From the sequence record OR770614.1: 64,000 nt of DNA; one strand, 5' to 3'. A model generated the notes under the pieces. It saw only the letters and a program-made list of their open reading frames with translations. It ran no database searches and had not been told where the DNA came from. Below are positions 9,055 through 19,062 of this stretch, in pieces. A program made the position numbers and the translations under genes. Each line of letters starts with the position of its first letter. Position 1 is the stretch's first letter.

Positions 9055-9717
9055 TTATATAAATAATTCTTTAGTTAATATTGATTTATATTCTTTTTTA
9101 TCTATACTTTCTATAAAATTTCTATGATCCAAAAGAACTTTTATCTCATTATTGAATTTATTATAATCATCTGCATATACTGCAATATTATCCAAAATGA
9201 ATTGAATGATCTTAATATAGTTTGAGTAAAATAAATTCTCTATAAATTCATCTATTTTATTTTTATCTATTAAAAATATTAATGTCAAATCTAATACATA
9301 CTCTGTATTGTAATGATCCAGAGAAACAGATTTTAAAAAATCTAGATCAATTTCATGTATACTATCTATAAATTCTTTTTCGTTTTCAATTAAATCTGAA
9401 TAACTTTTTAAACTGAAATACATATTCATTATATATCTATTTTTAGATGTTTTACTAATAAAAAATTCTAATTTACTATTAAAGAAATCCATATGAACTA
9501 CTTTCATATTTTCTCTATTAAGAATTTCAAATATTTTATTAGCTATACATTTAGATGCTTTTTCCATATTATTAATTTCTTCATCAGAATTAATTAAATA
9601 AATTGATCTGTCTTTATTATCATTAAAATCATAGATCTTTTTATTACCATTGGCACTTCTCTTATGATAAAATATATTTACATTTTCTTTGTTAAAACGA
9701 TATAAGTAGTTAACCAT
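9055..9717 (-). CDS. Hypothetical protein, C-terminal-tag family
   Basis: Ends IDKKEYKSILTKELFI*. Confidence 0.75.
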   Translation of the reverse strand: MVNYLYRFNKENVNIFYHKRSANGNKKIYDFNDNKDRSIYLINSDEEINNMEKASKCIANKIFEILNRENMKVVHMDFFNSKLEFFISKTSKNRYIMNMYFSLKSYSDLIENEKEFIDSIHEIDLDFLKSVSLDHYNTEYVLDLTLIFLIDKNKIDEFIENLFYSNYIKIIQFILDNIAVYADDYNKFNNEIKVLLDHRNFIESIDKKEYKSILTKELFI

Positions 9718-9794
9718 AAAAGCATCTCATCCATTTCTATATTATAATATAATAAAAAGTTACTATATTATTTATGGATGAGATGTTATATAAT

Positions 9795-10637
9795 CTATTT
9801 AAAACTTTCTTTTACTGCTATCTTCTTATATTCATCTTCTGGTACAAAAGTTATTTTTTCTTTATTTTTATTAATAATATCTTTATATGATATAGAATCT
9901 AAATTATCTATTACTTCATCTTTAAAATATAAAGAATATAATTCAATACCTTTTTTATCTCTAAAGAAATTGCAATTTAGTATTTCATAATTATATTTTT
10001 TCATTAAAACTGATAAGAAATTATTTAATTCTTCTTTATTAGGAATTAAAAAGAATTTCATATTTTTCATTTCTTTATTATTTATACGATCTCTCCTAGA
10101 TATATTGATATATGAAGTTATTGTTTTTGAAATAACTTCATATAATTTATTTGGAGATGAATAATTATTAAAAAGATAAGGATTGATTTGCTTTCTATTT
10201 TTACCTTTTACATAATTATCTAATTTAAATTGATACTCTTTAAATCTATTTAATATTCTTTTATTTACTTTATTAGATAAAATTAAATAATAACTTTCTT
10301 TAGTACCACGATTTTCTATATATAATATATCTATTCTATTGTCTATATCCTTTTTAACATGTCTAAATAATTTTTTATTAAATAATTGCATTACTTCACT
10401 TATGTCAAAATAATTATCACTATATCTTTCATCTTCAGGTACAATATCATGTACAAATATTGTACCTACTTGGGGCATAAATTTTCCATCATTTTTATAA
10501 TTTGAATTATAATCTACAACAGAATTGATAAAGAATTTATAAAAATTATCATCTTCATTATTTTTATACAACATATTCAATTTTGTATTCTCATTATCCT
10601 TTTTAGTTAGTCTTTTATCTATTTTAATGATTTCCAT
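9795..10637 (-). CDS. Hypothetical protein, C-terminal-tag family
   Basis: Ends VPEDEYKKIAVKESFK*. Confidence 0.75.
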   Translation of the reverse strand: MEIIKIDKRLTKKDNENTKLNMLYKNNEDDNFYKFFINSVVDYNSNYKNDGKFMPQVGTIFVHDIVPEDERYSDNYFDISEVMQLFNKKLFRHVKKDIDNRIDILYIENRGTKESYYLILSNKVNKRILNRFKEYQFKLDNYVKGKNRKQINPYLFNNYSSPNKLYEVISKTITSYINISRRDRINNKEMKNMKFFLIPNKEELNNFLSVLMKKYNYEILNCNFFRDKKGIELYSLYFKDEVIDNLDSISYKDIINKNKEKITFVPEDEYKKIAVKESFK

Positions 10638-10655
10638 AATATCAATTTCATCTCC

Positions 10656-11195
10656 TTATTTAAATGTCTCTTTTACTATAAATTTTTTGTATTCTTCCTT
10701 AGACATATCATCTATATATCCTTTATATTCATATAAATTATAATCAGAACTATAGAAAATAACATCTTCTTCCTCTCCATCATGTTCTGGAAGAAAATCA
10801 AAATTGTATGAAAAAACTATATACATATCTTCTTTAATATTACGTATATAGCTATTAAATATAAATTTATTCATATTTTTACTTTCTAAGAAACTAATAT
10901 TTTTAGTATATTCTTCTCCATTTTCATGAATGTGAATTATATTATTTAAATGATTATCTTCAACCCATTCAGGACTATTCTCAAATGATATATGTTTAAC
11001 TACTTCATTATTCATATTTATTAATTTAAAATTAATTAATACGTTTCCTGGTGTAGTTTCTACATTATGTTTAAATCTATAAAACATATAAGTGTCAATA
11101 ATTTCTTTATTTGAAATTTCTCCTTCATCTCTTGTTAAATGAAATATGTCAAAGTGACCGTCTTGTTCTATTCTAAATTTTTTATTGATTTCCAT
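10656..11195 (-). CDS. Hypothetical protein, C-terminal-tag family
   Basis: Ends MSKEEYKKFIVKETFK*. Confidence 0.75.
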   Translation of the reverse strand: MEINKKFRIEQDGHFDIFHLTRDEGEISNKEIIDTYMFYRFKHNVETTPGNVLINFKLINMNNEVVKHISFENSPEWVEDNHLNNIIHIHENGEEYTKNISFLESKNMNKFIFNSYIRNIKEDMYIVFSYNFDFLPEHDGEEEDVIFYSSDYNLYEYKGYIDDMSKEEYKKFIVKETFK

Positions 11196-11196
11196 T

Positions 11197-11823
11197 TTAT
11201 TTAAATCCCCTTTTTATTAATTCATTTTTATATTCTTTTTCATTAATTTCTTGTATTCTAGTATTTATAATATTCATAAAATTGTATAACCTCATATTAT
11301 TAACTTTATACATTCTTGCATTATTTCCATTATCATAACCAATATTATTATTTATAGGTTCGATAATTTCTTTAGAGTTACAATGTGAAATTAATTCAAA
11401 TACGATATTTCTATTTTCACTTATATCGATAATTAATTCTAGGTTTGAAAATTCTAAATCTAAATTATTAATATCTTCTTTAATTAGATTAAATATATTT
11501 TTAGAATTTTCTATATCATGGGTCAATCTATAATAATCTCCATATATGTCTTCCCTAAATAAACCTATATTACCTTTTGATATTATATGATATTTAAATT
11601 CTATAATATTTCTTAAACTATTCAATTCAATAGTGATTGTGTTATATTTAATTATTTTTCTCATTCTATCAGTATAAAATTCATTGAAAAATTGTTCAAA
11701 TAAAATAATATTTAATTCTTGAGAATCAATACTATCTTTATTTTGTTTATATGGTAATTTTAGTGTATCAATATTTTTAAAATTTCTTAATAAACCTCTA
11801 AAATCCAACATGAAATAATTCAT
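11197..11823 (-). CDS. Hypothetical protein, C-terminal-tag family
   Basis: Ends INEKEYKNELIKRGFK*. Confidence 0.75.
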   Translation of the reverse strand: MNYFMLDFRGLLRNFKNIDTLKLPYKQNKDSIDSQELNIILFEQFFNEFYTDRMRKIIKYNTITIELNSLRNIIEFKYHIISKGNIGLFREDIYGDYYRLTHDIENSKNIFNLIKEDINNLDLEFSNLELIIDISENRNIVFELISHCNSKEIIEPINNNIGYDNGNNARMYKVNNMRLYNFMNIINTRIQEINEKEYKNELIKRGFK

Positions 11824-11904
11824 CTATCCTTTTCATCTCCTTCAAATAAAAAAATTAATTATAAAAGAGATGATACTTTAATTAAAGTATCATCTCATTT
11901 TTTA

Positions 11905-12204
11905 TTAAATTACATTCTTATAGATAGTTTCAGGTACAAATTCTTCATCATAATCATGAATAGTTAATAATACATCTTCATGAGAATATTCTAAAGTATA
12001 CATATCATTTTCATCATTAACATTAACTACTGAATAAGAGAAAATACTTGAATCTTTGTCTAATCCTAATTCTTCAATTAAACCTGATTCAGTTCCATAA
12101 CCTTCATCTACACCTATTTCATTACTTTCTAGTACTTCATACTCTCCATCTACTTCACCTCTAAGTTGTAAATCTCTTAATACTTCTTCATTTAATTTTG
12201 TCAT
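11905..12204 (-). CDS. Small, highly acidic protein (candidate DNA mimic)
   Basis: Start MTKLNEE follows a GGAGG RBS; 99 aa with 27 D/E versus 5 K/R by hand count. Confidence 0.7.
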   Translation of the reverse strand: MTKLNEEVLRDLQLRGEVDGEYEVLESNEIGVDEGYGTESGLIEELGLDKDSSIFSYSVVNVNDENDMYTLEYSHEDVLLTIHDYDEEFVPETIYKNVI

Positions 12205-12261
12205 AACAAATTCCTCCATTAATTTTATTAGAAAGATATATGATAATATCTTTCTTCATTA

Positions 12262-12277
12262 TTATAATATATACTTA
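12262..12277 (-). promoter_or_regulatory. Early-type promoter motif TAAGTATATATTATAA
   Basis: One of about 13 intergenic copies of TAA(A/G)TATATATTATAA upstream of - strand genes. Confidence 0.65.
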
Positions 12278-12281
12278 ATCT

Positions 12282-12587
12282 TTATTTTGTTTCAAATTTC
12301 TCAATGCCTTTTTCTTCAATAACTACATCTGCATTTAATACTTGTAAACGTTTACCGTCTACATTAATAACAATGTAACTACCACCTGCTTCATCACTAT
12401 ATTTAGTTCTGATTTTCTTTCCTTCATATTGATGTAATACTTTACCATCTTTACTATATATAGTTACTTTTCTTTCTAGACCTGATGTATCTGATTTATG
12501 ATCTTTAGTAGCATCATCAAACCATGTACAACCTGCTAGTACTGTTGTTAATACTATAACTCCAAATAACATTAATAACTTTTTCAT
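12282..12587 (-). CDS. Lipoprotein, DUF5052-like
   Basis: Signal peptide with LAGC lipobox; GLERKVTIYSKDGK...DGKRLQVLNADVVIEEK pattern. Confidence 0.7.
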   Translation of the reverse strand: MKKLLMLFGVIVLTTVLAGCTWFDDATKDHKSDTSGLERKVTIYSKDGKVLHQYEGKKIRTKYSDEAGGSYIVINVDGKRLQVLNADVVIEEKGIEKFETK

Positions 12588-12604
12588 AATTTATTTTCTC
12601 CATT

Positions 12605-13090
12605 CTATTCTAAATAGTATATTCCTTCACTAATATCAATTCCATGCTTTTTCAAATCAGAAGATTTAACTAAATTATTTTTACATATTAGTTGTCCATC
12701 AAACCTATTTGTAATAATACCTTTATTATTTACTTTTTTACCAATTGCATGATCTGAAATTCTAATAAATTTAAAATTATTGTTTTTTACATATATCGAT
12801 ATAGATCTTTTATTACTAGAAAAATTAACTATATAACCACTTCTAGCTAATTCATTTGTTAAACTTCCTTTTACATTACCTAATTCTAAAATAACTTCAT
12901 TTGTTTTAGAATTAATAAATTTCTTTCTAATATCTTCCCCTAACATCACATGGTCATTAATCTCTTTCACTATAGGCATTGTATTAAAGTTATTCTTCTG
13001 TGAGTAGTCTAGAAGAAAGAATAATAAATCTTCAATTCCTTCTTCTGTGACTGGAAAGACCTCCTTATTTTTATTCTCCAAATATTTCAT
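12605..13090 (-). CDS. Hypothetical protein with an RISDH motif
   Basis: SIYVKNNNFKFIRISDH; RxSDH is recurrent in phage proteins, function unknown. Confidence 0.55.
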   Translation of the reverse strand: MKYLENKNKEVFPVTEEGIEDLLFFLLDYSQKNNFNTMPIVKEINDHVMLGEDIRKKFINSKTNEVILELGNVKGSLTNELARSGYIVNFSSNKRSISIYVKNNNFKFIRISDHAIGKKVNNKGIITNRFDGQLICKNNLVKSSDLKKHGIDISEGIYYLE

Positions 13091-13116
13091 CCGTTTAATC
13101 TCCTTTAATATATTAT

Positions 13117-13449
13117 TTATACAAAACTATTTAATTCCTTCATATGATAACTTCCTAATTCTAATTTAAGATGAAAGTTCTCTATCATTTTACAATTTAA
13201 ACCATATTCTTCTAATAATTCTACATTAATAGTTTCTTCATTAATTTCCAATATCTCTTTTAATGTAAATATATCTGAAGATACTACTGTTAGAGAATCC
13301 GCTAAATTATCAAGATCTTTTTCTCTAGAATCATCTATATTATAGAAGAAACTTTCTTCCATCAAATGCTTGCAATTAGATATAACAATTAAGTCTCCTA
13401 CAATTTTATCATAAACTCTATCTAAAACTTTTTTACTATCTTTTAACAT
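13117..13449 (-). CDS. Hypothetical protein
   Basis: Start MLKDSK follows GGAG; the ORF-track extension to 13500 runs into the promoter region. Confidence 0.55.
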   Translation of the reverse strand: MLKDSKKVLDRVYDKIVGDLIVISNCKHLMEESFFYNIDDSREKDLDNLADSLTVVSSDIFTLKEILEINEETINVELLEEYGLNCKMIENFHLKLELGSYHMKELNSFV

Positions 13450-13521
13450 TATCCATTCCACTCCTATTATTTTAATTGGTATGAAGTTTATCAACTTCAT
13501 TTATATAATATATACTTATAA

Positions 13522-13992
13522 TTAATTTAAATATATATTTTTATTGTAATTATCCTTACCTAATTTATTACTTACATTAATATCAAATATTAAATTTCCA
13601 GTTACAGATTTATCTTTATTATTAATACTTTTTACTAACAACATTGTAATTGAATTATTGTAAGTTAAAGTTTCTATAGTTGTATATATTTTAGTATCTT
13701 TACTTATATCATCCTTTTTAATATTTCTTACTAATTTTAAATCTCCATTGTCTATTATAGTACCTACTTCTGTATCTAATATTTCAATAATACAATTAAC
13801 AAAATCTTCTGCTTTATGAAACAGATCGTGTTTTTCATTAAGAATATAAGTTCTATTTGGTTTAACTTCAGCTTCTTTATTAATTGTATTTAATGATTTA
13901 TATATGAAGTTATTAATATAATTTTGTGTAACTTCAACTGGCAATTTTAAATTATTATTTATTAATTTGTCTATATTCTTTTTATTCTTCAT
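13522..13992 (-). CDS. Hypothetical protein
   Basis: 156 aa ORF coupled to the upstream gene by an overlapping stop/start. Confidence 0.6.
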   Translation of the reverse strand: MKNKKNIDKLINNNLKLPVEVTQNYINNFIYKSLNTINKEAEVKPNRTYILNEKHDLFHKAEDFVNCIIEILDTEVGTIIDNGDLKLVRNIKKDDISKDTKIYTTIETLTYNNSITMLLVKSINNKDKSVTGNLIFDINVSNKLGKDNYNKNIYLN

Positions 13993-14444
13993 TATCTAAA
14001 ATTATCCTTTACTAAATTATTTTTATACTCTTTCTCTGTTATATCTTTTAAATTAAAATCCATTGAATTATGATACCCTTCACTGAGATTATTTTTAATA
14101 ATTAATAGTACTTTGTCTATTATTTTTATTAATCCTTCTTCATCTTCTGGAATAAGTATTGTATCATCATAATGTTGATCATATTCAAATTCATCTTTTA
14201 ATTTACTTAAAATTAAATTATTATCATCTTTAACTATTAAACCATCATCTTCTTCACTATAAAAGAAAAATATAGTACTTTCAGATAAATTTTCGATATC
14301 AAAAGATATTTCACTGTGTAAAGTTAATCCAAAACTATTCACCTTAAATATCTCACTTCTTATTAATTCATCAAAGACTATTTCTTTATTTTTGCCTTGA
14401 AAATAACATTCTTTTCCTCTTAAAATTGTTTTAAAGTATTTCAT
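13992..14444 (-). CDS. Hypothetical protein, C-terminal-tag family
   Basis: Starts MKYFK; ends ITEKEYKNNLVKDNFR*. Confidence 0.75.
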   Translation of the reverse strand: MKYFKTILRGKECYFQGKNKEIVFDELIRSEIFKVNSFGLTLHSEISFDIENLSESTIFFFYSEEDDGLIVKDDNNLILSKLKDEFEYDQHYDDTILIPEDEEGLIKIIDKVLLIIKNNLSEGYHNSMDFNLKDITEKEYKNNLVKDNFR

Positions 14445-14460
14445 GTTAAGATCTCCTTAT

Positions 14461-14925
14461 TTAAATTTTATCTAATACATTAGCTAGATATTCATTATGA
14501 TTGAGTTCAATTCTGTTTTCTTCAGGAACTTTATTCTCTATATCATCTATAAAACTATCAAACATATTATCAAGAAGTTCAATGAATTTACTATCTGAAC
14601 CTCTTTCTTTATATCTATTTAGATAAATTTCTTTATCTGAACGTTTAGGATAAGCTACAACAAATTCTAAATTATTATCAATCAACTCTTGGATAACCTC
14701 TTTGTGTGTAGATACAAAAATGTAATCCATCACATTCTTATAATAAAGGTCTTTAATATAACGAATATAATTCTTTGGAAATCTAGGATCTCTAATCTTT
14801 TCCCCATCTTTTACTAACCATGAAAAGCTAGTTGAATCCGAATCAGATGTTTTTAAGAATGTGATATTGTTTTTAATATAAGATTTACCTGTACCTGGAA
14901 ATGCTGCGATTATTTTAGTGTTCAT
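14461..14925 (-). CDS. P-loop nucleotide kinase/ATPase-like protein
   Basis: N-terminal Walker A-like IIAAFPGTGKS. Confidence 0.7.
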   Translation of the reverse strand: MNTKIIAAFPGTGKSYIKNNITFLKTSDSDSTSFSWLVKDGEKIRDPRFPKNYIRYIKDLYYKNVMDYIFVSTHKEVIQELIDNNLEFVVAYPKRSDKEIYLNRYKERGSDSKFIELLDNMFDSFIDDIENKVPEENRIELNHNEYLANVLDKI

Positions 14926-15538
14926 TTTTATTTTCTCCTTTAGTGTTTAAATTGTAGTAATCTTGAAACTCTTCTATTTCTTTAATCATTTCATTTGATT
15001 TTTCTATCTTGAGTTTATTCTCTTTATATCTTAAGAATTCGATATATGTCAAAAGACGATTACTCTCAATATTATTTTTCCAGTGATTTTTATATTTCCT
15101 TTCATGACTTTCTATAACTCCTTTTATAAATGGAGGCATATATAGTCCGTCTAGATTATAAAGTATATTACTATCTTCACTAAGAGTACCGTCATTTTTC
15201 ATAACATCCATTAACTCTTTGAAGTATGGATCTTTACTATTTAATATTATATACCATGCAGAATAATATTTTCCTTTATACTTATATGATTTATTTAAAT
15301 GTTGATACTCTTCCATTATTCTTGAATTAAAATATTTTTTACCTATAATTATAGAAGAAATTATTATTGGAACTAATACAAATAAAGATAGTAATGCTAA
15401 TTTAGAGCTAACTCCTAGTAATGAAAAGAATAATAATACTGATCCAAGCATCATTATCATTTTAATTATAAAAGGTATCATTGCATCATAACCTGTTTTA
15501 TAAAGATACCAGTCAAATATATTTACTTTATTTTTCAT
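14915..15538 (-). CDS. Membrane protein (2 TM) with a cytoplasmic domain
   Basis: Two N-terminal hydrophobic helices; KYYSAWYIIL weakly resembles the YYSLHYLL family at 53-61 kb. Confidence 0.6.
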   Translation of the reverse strand: MKNKVNIFDWYLYKTGYDAMIPFIIKMIMMLGSVLLFFSLLGVSSKLALLSLFVLVPIIISSIIIGKKYFNSRIMEEYQHLNKSYKYKGKYYSAWYIILNSKDPYFKELMDVMKNDGTLSEDSNILYNLDGLYMPPFIKGVIESHERKYKNHWKNNIESNRLLTYIEFLRYKENKLKIEKSNEMIKEIEEFQDYYNLNTKGENKNEH

Positions 15539-15544
15539 AATTTA

Positions 15545-15739
15545 TCACTTCTCTTTCTTCCTTCTATAAAATGTTCTTCCGTACATATTTTCATAATAAT
15601 CAATAATATCAGTAATACACTGTCTACTAACATTAAATCTTTCAGCAAATTGATCTAATGTTTTCCAATTATTATGAATTATATATTGCATTACTTCTTT
15701 ACGTTCTTTAGGTGTTAATTTATAGTTTCTTCCAGCCAT
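15545..15739 (-). CDS. Small helix-turn-helix DNA-binding protein
   Basis: KTLDQFAERFNVSRQCITDII is an HTH-like pattern. Confidence 0.65.
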   Translation of the reverse strand: MAGRNYKLTPKERKEVMQYIIHNNWKTLDQFAERFNVSRQCITDIIDYYENMYGRTFYRRKKEK

Positions 15740-15750
15740 AACTATCTCCT

Positions 15751-16248
15751 TTAATAAGCAATATATAATTTCTTAGCTTGTTTATTACTAATATTGTATT
15801 TATCTTGTAATTCTTTAACTTTATCCATAAGTAAATTAGCATACTCCATATCAATATCATGTCCATTTTTATTCATCTTTTTAAAGTATTCAAATTCAAT
15901 AATAGATTTAATAATCTCACATGCTCTTTCATCATCCGATTTTTTAATCATGAAATTATAAATCATTTCTTGAACTACTTCATTTAAAGTATATTCGATA
16001 TTTTTATCATCTACTATAAAAGTCATTTTAATTTTGTAATCAGGATCATAGAAAACCTCTAAATTAGTAAAATGTGCTACACTCATATCAAATAACCATG
16101 ATGATAATAGATTATCTTTTAGATATCTTAAATTTAATAATAAGTCATTTTTAAACATTTTTGTAATCTCCATTTCTAAGTATTTTGTTTTTAGTAATTC
16201 ATTATTAATAATATCTTGATTAATTTCAATATTTTTATTTTTTAACAT
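15751..16248 (-). CDS. Hypothetical protein
   Basis: 165 aa ORF with RBS. Confidence 0.6.
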   Translation of the reverse strand: MLKNKNIEINQDIINNELLKTKYLEMEITKMFKNDLLLNLRYLKDNLLSSWLFDMSVAHFTNLEVFYDPDYKIKMTFIVDDKNIEYTLNEVVQEMIYNFMIKKSDDERACEIIKSIIEFEYFKKMNKNGHDIDMEYANLLMDKVKELQDKYNISNKQAKKLYIAY

Positions 16249-16270
16249 ATCCGTTTCAGCTCCCTATTTA

Positions 16271-16492
16271 TTATATTGATAAAAATGTTATTGTTAATAT
16301 GACTTCTCCAATTGCAATTATCATAGCTAATAATACCATTGTCATTAATTCTTTTTTCATTCCAATAAAACCTATTATAAAAGCAATTAATAATAAAGAA
16401 AATAAAAATATCGTCTCAAACATATCCAATTCAACTCCTATTAATTTAATTAAAATAATCCCAATGAGAATATTTATCTCATTGGGATTCAT
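16271..16492 (-). CDS. Small membrane protein
   Basis: Two hydrophobic helices; true start may be the internal MFETIF. Confidence 0.55.
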   Translation of the reverse strand: MNPNEINILIGIILIKLIGVELDMFETIFLFSLLLIAFIIGFIGMKKELMTMVLLAMIIAIGEVILTITFLSI

Positions 16493-16494
16493 TA

Positions 16495-17019
16495 TTATAA
16501 TTCTTTGTATTTATTATATAACTCAGATAATTCTTTATCTTCATATTTAGAAATTTTATCTTCAATATCTTTTTCAGATTCTAATTTCTGCATTCTTAAT
16601 TTCATTAACTTTTCTAATTTTTCTTTTTCTTTCTTCTTATCTAGATTTTTAAAATGTTCAAAAATATCTCTACCAATAAAACTTATGATTTCTTTATATT
16701 CATGAACTTCATCTTCTTCGTCAGTTCTATATTCTAAATCATCTAAATCTTTTACATATTCAGATCTAATGAATTCATCTTCCGACATGATAGATTCAAC
16801 TCTAATTGGTTTAATACTAACCGCAAAATCTTCTAATGTTTCAGAAGTGCTGTAATTTGCAGTAGTTACTAAAGCATAATCTCTATCAAAAGATCCAATA
16901 TTTTCTATAAGTTCTGGAGTTACTAATTTTTCTGGTACTTTATAAATATAGTCATTTCCTTTAAATTCTCTATTGCTAGCAAATTTACCAATTAAATAAT
17001 ATTTCATTTTTATTTCCAC
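16495..17019 (-). CDS. Hypothetical protein with C-terminal coiled coil
   Basis: 174 aa ORF downstream of the promoter-hairpin at 17034-17078. Confidence 0.6.
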   Translation of the reverse strand: MEIKMKYYLIGKFASNREFKGNDYIYKVPEKLVTPELIENIGSFDRDYALVTTANYSTSETLEDFAVSIKPIRVESIMSEDEFIRSEYVKDLDDLEYRTDEEDEVHEYKEIISFIGRDIFEHFKNLDKKKEKEKLEKLMKLRMQKLESEKDIEDKISKYEDKELSELYNKYKEL

Positions 17020-17033
17020 CTTTTATTTTATTT

Positions 17034-17078
17034 TGAGTAATATTAATTAATATTACTCATTTTTATAATATATATTTA
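17034..17078 (-). promoter_or_regulatory. Early promoter plus 5' leader hairpin
   Basis: TAAATATATATTATAA-AAA-TGAGTAATATTAATTAATATTACTCA on the - strand. Confidence 0.6.
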
Positions 17079-17747
17079 AATTTGAGATAATAAAAAGTAT
17101 ATAGTTAATAATCCCATTATAATATGAAAATAGAATAATTTTTTATTTATTCTTTCTTCATATACTTTAAATATTATACTGTCTAAATACTTTTCTAAGT
17201 CCTTATTATCTTTAAAGTTTTTTATAAGTTCTTCAAATTTAATTATATTTCCATCTTTATCTTTCATTTCTAAATTACTAAATACATATTTCTTATTTTC
17301 AAAACTTAAATTTCCACCACCTTCTTTTATTAATTCATATTGAAATAATTTATGTTTTATCATAGGTATTAGACTCATTATAATTATAATGAATATACTC
17401 ATATAAATATCATTGGTTATTCCGTAATTTGTGTTTATTATAAATAAAGAATAAAATATTACTGTATATAAAACTACATCATAACTTTTTAAAATTTTTC
17501 TTATAACTATATTTATCATAAGTATTATAAAGAAATAATATACAATATATGACTTAGCTACTTCATGGTTAAATATAAGTGAAACTATTGGAAATACTGA
17601 ACTTGATAATGTTAACACAGTTGGGAAAAATTTCCTATCTAATTTTTCTTTATATGATGTTGTAAGAATTTTAAATAAAGAAAAATAAGTAATATATACC
17701 ATTATTACAGTTAAAATTGTTACTATAATTTCTTCCACTTTATACAC
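17076..17747 (-). CDS. Polytopic membrane protein
   Basis: Five to six hydrophobic segments. Confidence 0.65.
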   Translation of the reverse strand: MYKVEEIIVTILTVIMVYITYFSLFKILTTSYKEKLDRKFFPTVLTLSSSVFPIVSLIFNHEVAKSYIVYYFFIILMINIVIRKILKSYDVVLYTVIFYSLFIINTNYGITNDIYMSIFIIIIMSLIPMIKHKLFQYELIKEGGGNLSFENKKYVFSNLEMKDKDGNIIKFEELIKNFKDNKDLEKYLDSIIFKVYEERINKKLFYFHIIMGLLTIYFLLSQI

Positions 17748-17776
17748 TTCTTTCTTATAAAAAAATAATTAATGAA

Positions 17777-17808
17777 GATCATGGATCTATGAAAAGATCC
17801 ATGATCTA
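17777..17808. terminator. Perfect GATC-rich hairpin
   Basis: AGATCATGGATCT-ATGAAA-AGATCCATGATCT (about 17776-17807). Confidence 0.55.
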
Positions 17809-17813
17809 ATAAT

Positions 17814-18056
17814 TTAAATACCTTTTGTTATCTTGAGAAATAAGTCTAAATCATCATTGTATTCATCCATAATAACTACTTTAGTTAATTCGCTATGATG
17901 ATTTTTATACACTTCAATTTCATCAAATTCATTTAATTTAATAAATTTAGGTCCTGATGGTACATGTATAATGAAACTGTCATATACGTTAGTTAGTCCT
18001 AAATTTGAAATAAATCTATTAAATATTTCTTCTTTTTTAGTTATTGTTTTAATCAT
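17814..18056 (-). CDS. Hypothetical protein
   Basis: 80 aa ORF with AAGGAG RBS. Confidence 0.6.
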   Translation of the reverse strand: MIKTITKKEEIFNRFISNLGLTNVYDSFIIHVPSGPKFIKLNEFDEIEVYKNHHSELTKVVIMDEYNDDLDLFLKITKGI

Positions 18057-18084
18057 TTTTTTTTTCTCCTTTATAATTTATATA

Positions 18085-18513
18085 TTATTCTTCAAATAAT
18101 TCTGGATCTGTTTCTGGAGTGATTTCTCTTGAAGTACTTCCTGGTTCACCTGGTGATTTAACTTCACCTTCTGCATCTAACTCTTCTTCACGGCCATTCG
18201 CTGAATATACTGATTCTTCTGTTGTTTCATTTTGTTGAACTTCATTACCAGTGTCTGCATTATTATTTTCTTCTACATTGTTATTTTTAGTTTGTTGATC
18301 ATTTTCATTTGTAGCTTGTTGTTGAGATTCTGTATTTTGATGTTGTTCTTTTTCTTTCTTATTCTCTTTTTCCTTTTTAACTTCTTTTTGCTCAGTTTGT
18401 AATTTTTGTTTTTCTAATTGTAAATCCTTATAACTTGTGTATGCAAATAAAGCTCCTACGAATAATACTGCTACTACCACAATTGCACCTAAACTTATTA
18501 ATAGTTTTTTCAT
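18085..18513 (-). CDS. Membrane-anchored low-complexity protein (paralog 3 of 3)
   Basis: MKKLLISLGAIVVVAVLFVGALFAYTSYKD anchor followed by a Q/E/N-rich tail. Confidence 0.7.
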   Translation of the reverse strand: MKKLLISLGAIVVVAVLFVGALFAYTSYKDLQLEKQKLQTEQKEVKKEKENKKEKEQHQNTESQQQATNENDQQTKNNNVEENNNADTGNEVQQNETTEESVYSANGREEELDAEGEVKSPGEPGSTSREITPETDPELFEE

Positions 18514-18541
18514 AATAATTTTCCTCTTTTCTAATTTATTT

Positions 18542-19015
18542 TTAGTTTGCCCACTCTTTAATAATATCTGGATTATTGTTTACTTCTTCTCTGATACTAT
18601 CTACATATTCATTACCTCGTTGTGCTTCTACTTTTCCTTCAGTAATAGCTCTGTCGTTTTCATCCATGTAAGTCATATAGTATTCCATTAATTCTTCGTC
18701 ACTCATAGTACCAATATCTGTATTAACTTCATTACTAGTGTCTACATTATTATTTTCTTTTTGACTTGGTGCTTCTTCTTGACTTGGTGCTTCTTCTTGA
18801 ACTGCTTGTTCTTGATCGTTATTTGTTTGTGTGTTACTTACCGTTTCTTGATTTTTATCTTCTTCAGAATCTTTTTGATTATTTTCTTGAGATACTTTAT
18901 TTTGCTCTTCTTGAGTTTCATTTAGATCTTTATATACTGAATAACCAAATAATACTGTTACTCCCAATACTGATAATAATACTAATACACCTAATATACC
19001 TAATAATTTTTTCAT
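18542..19015 (-). CDS. Membrane-anchored low-complexity protein (paralog 2 of 3)
   Basis: MKKLLGILGVLVLLSVLGVTVLFGYSVYKD anchor; QEEAPS repeat. Confidence 0.7.
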   Translation of the reverse strand: MKKLLGILGVLVLLSVLGVTVLFGYSVYKDLNETQEEQNKVSQENNQKDSEEDKNQETVSNTQTNNDQEQAVQEEAPSQEEAPSQKENNNVDTSNEVNTDIGTMSDEELMEYYMTYMDENDRAITEGKVEAQRGNEYVDSIREEVNNNPDIIKEWAN

Positions 19016-19062
19016 AATAAATTCTCCTTTAATATTTTATTTATTCTATTCAATTATATCAA

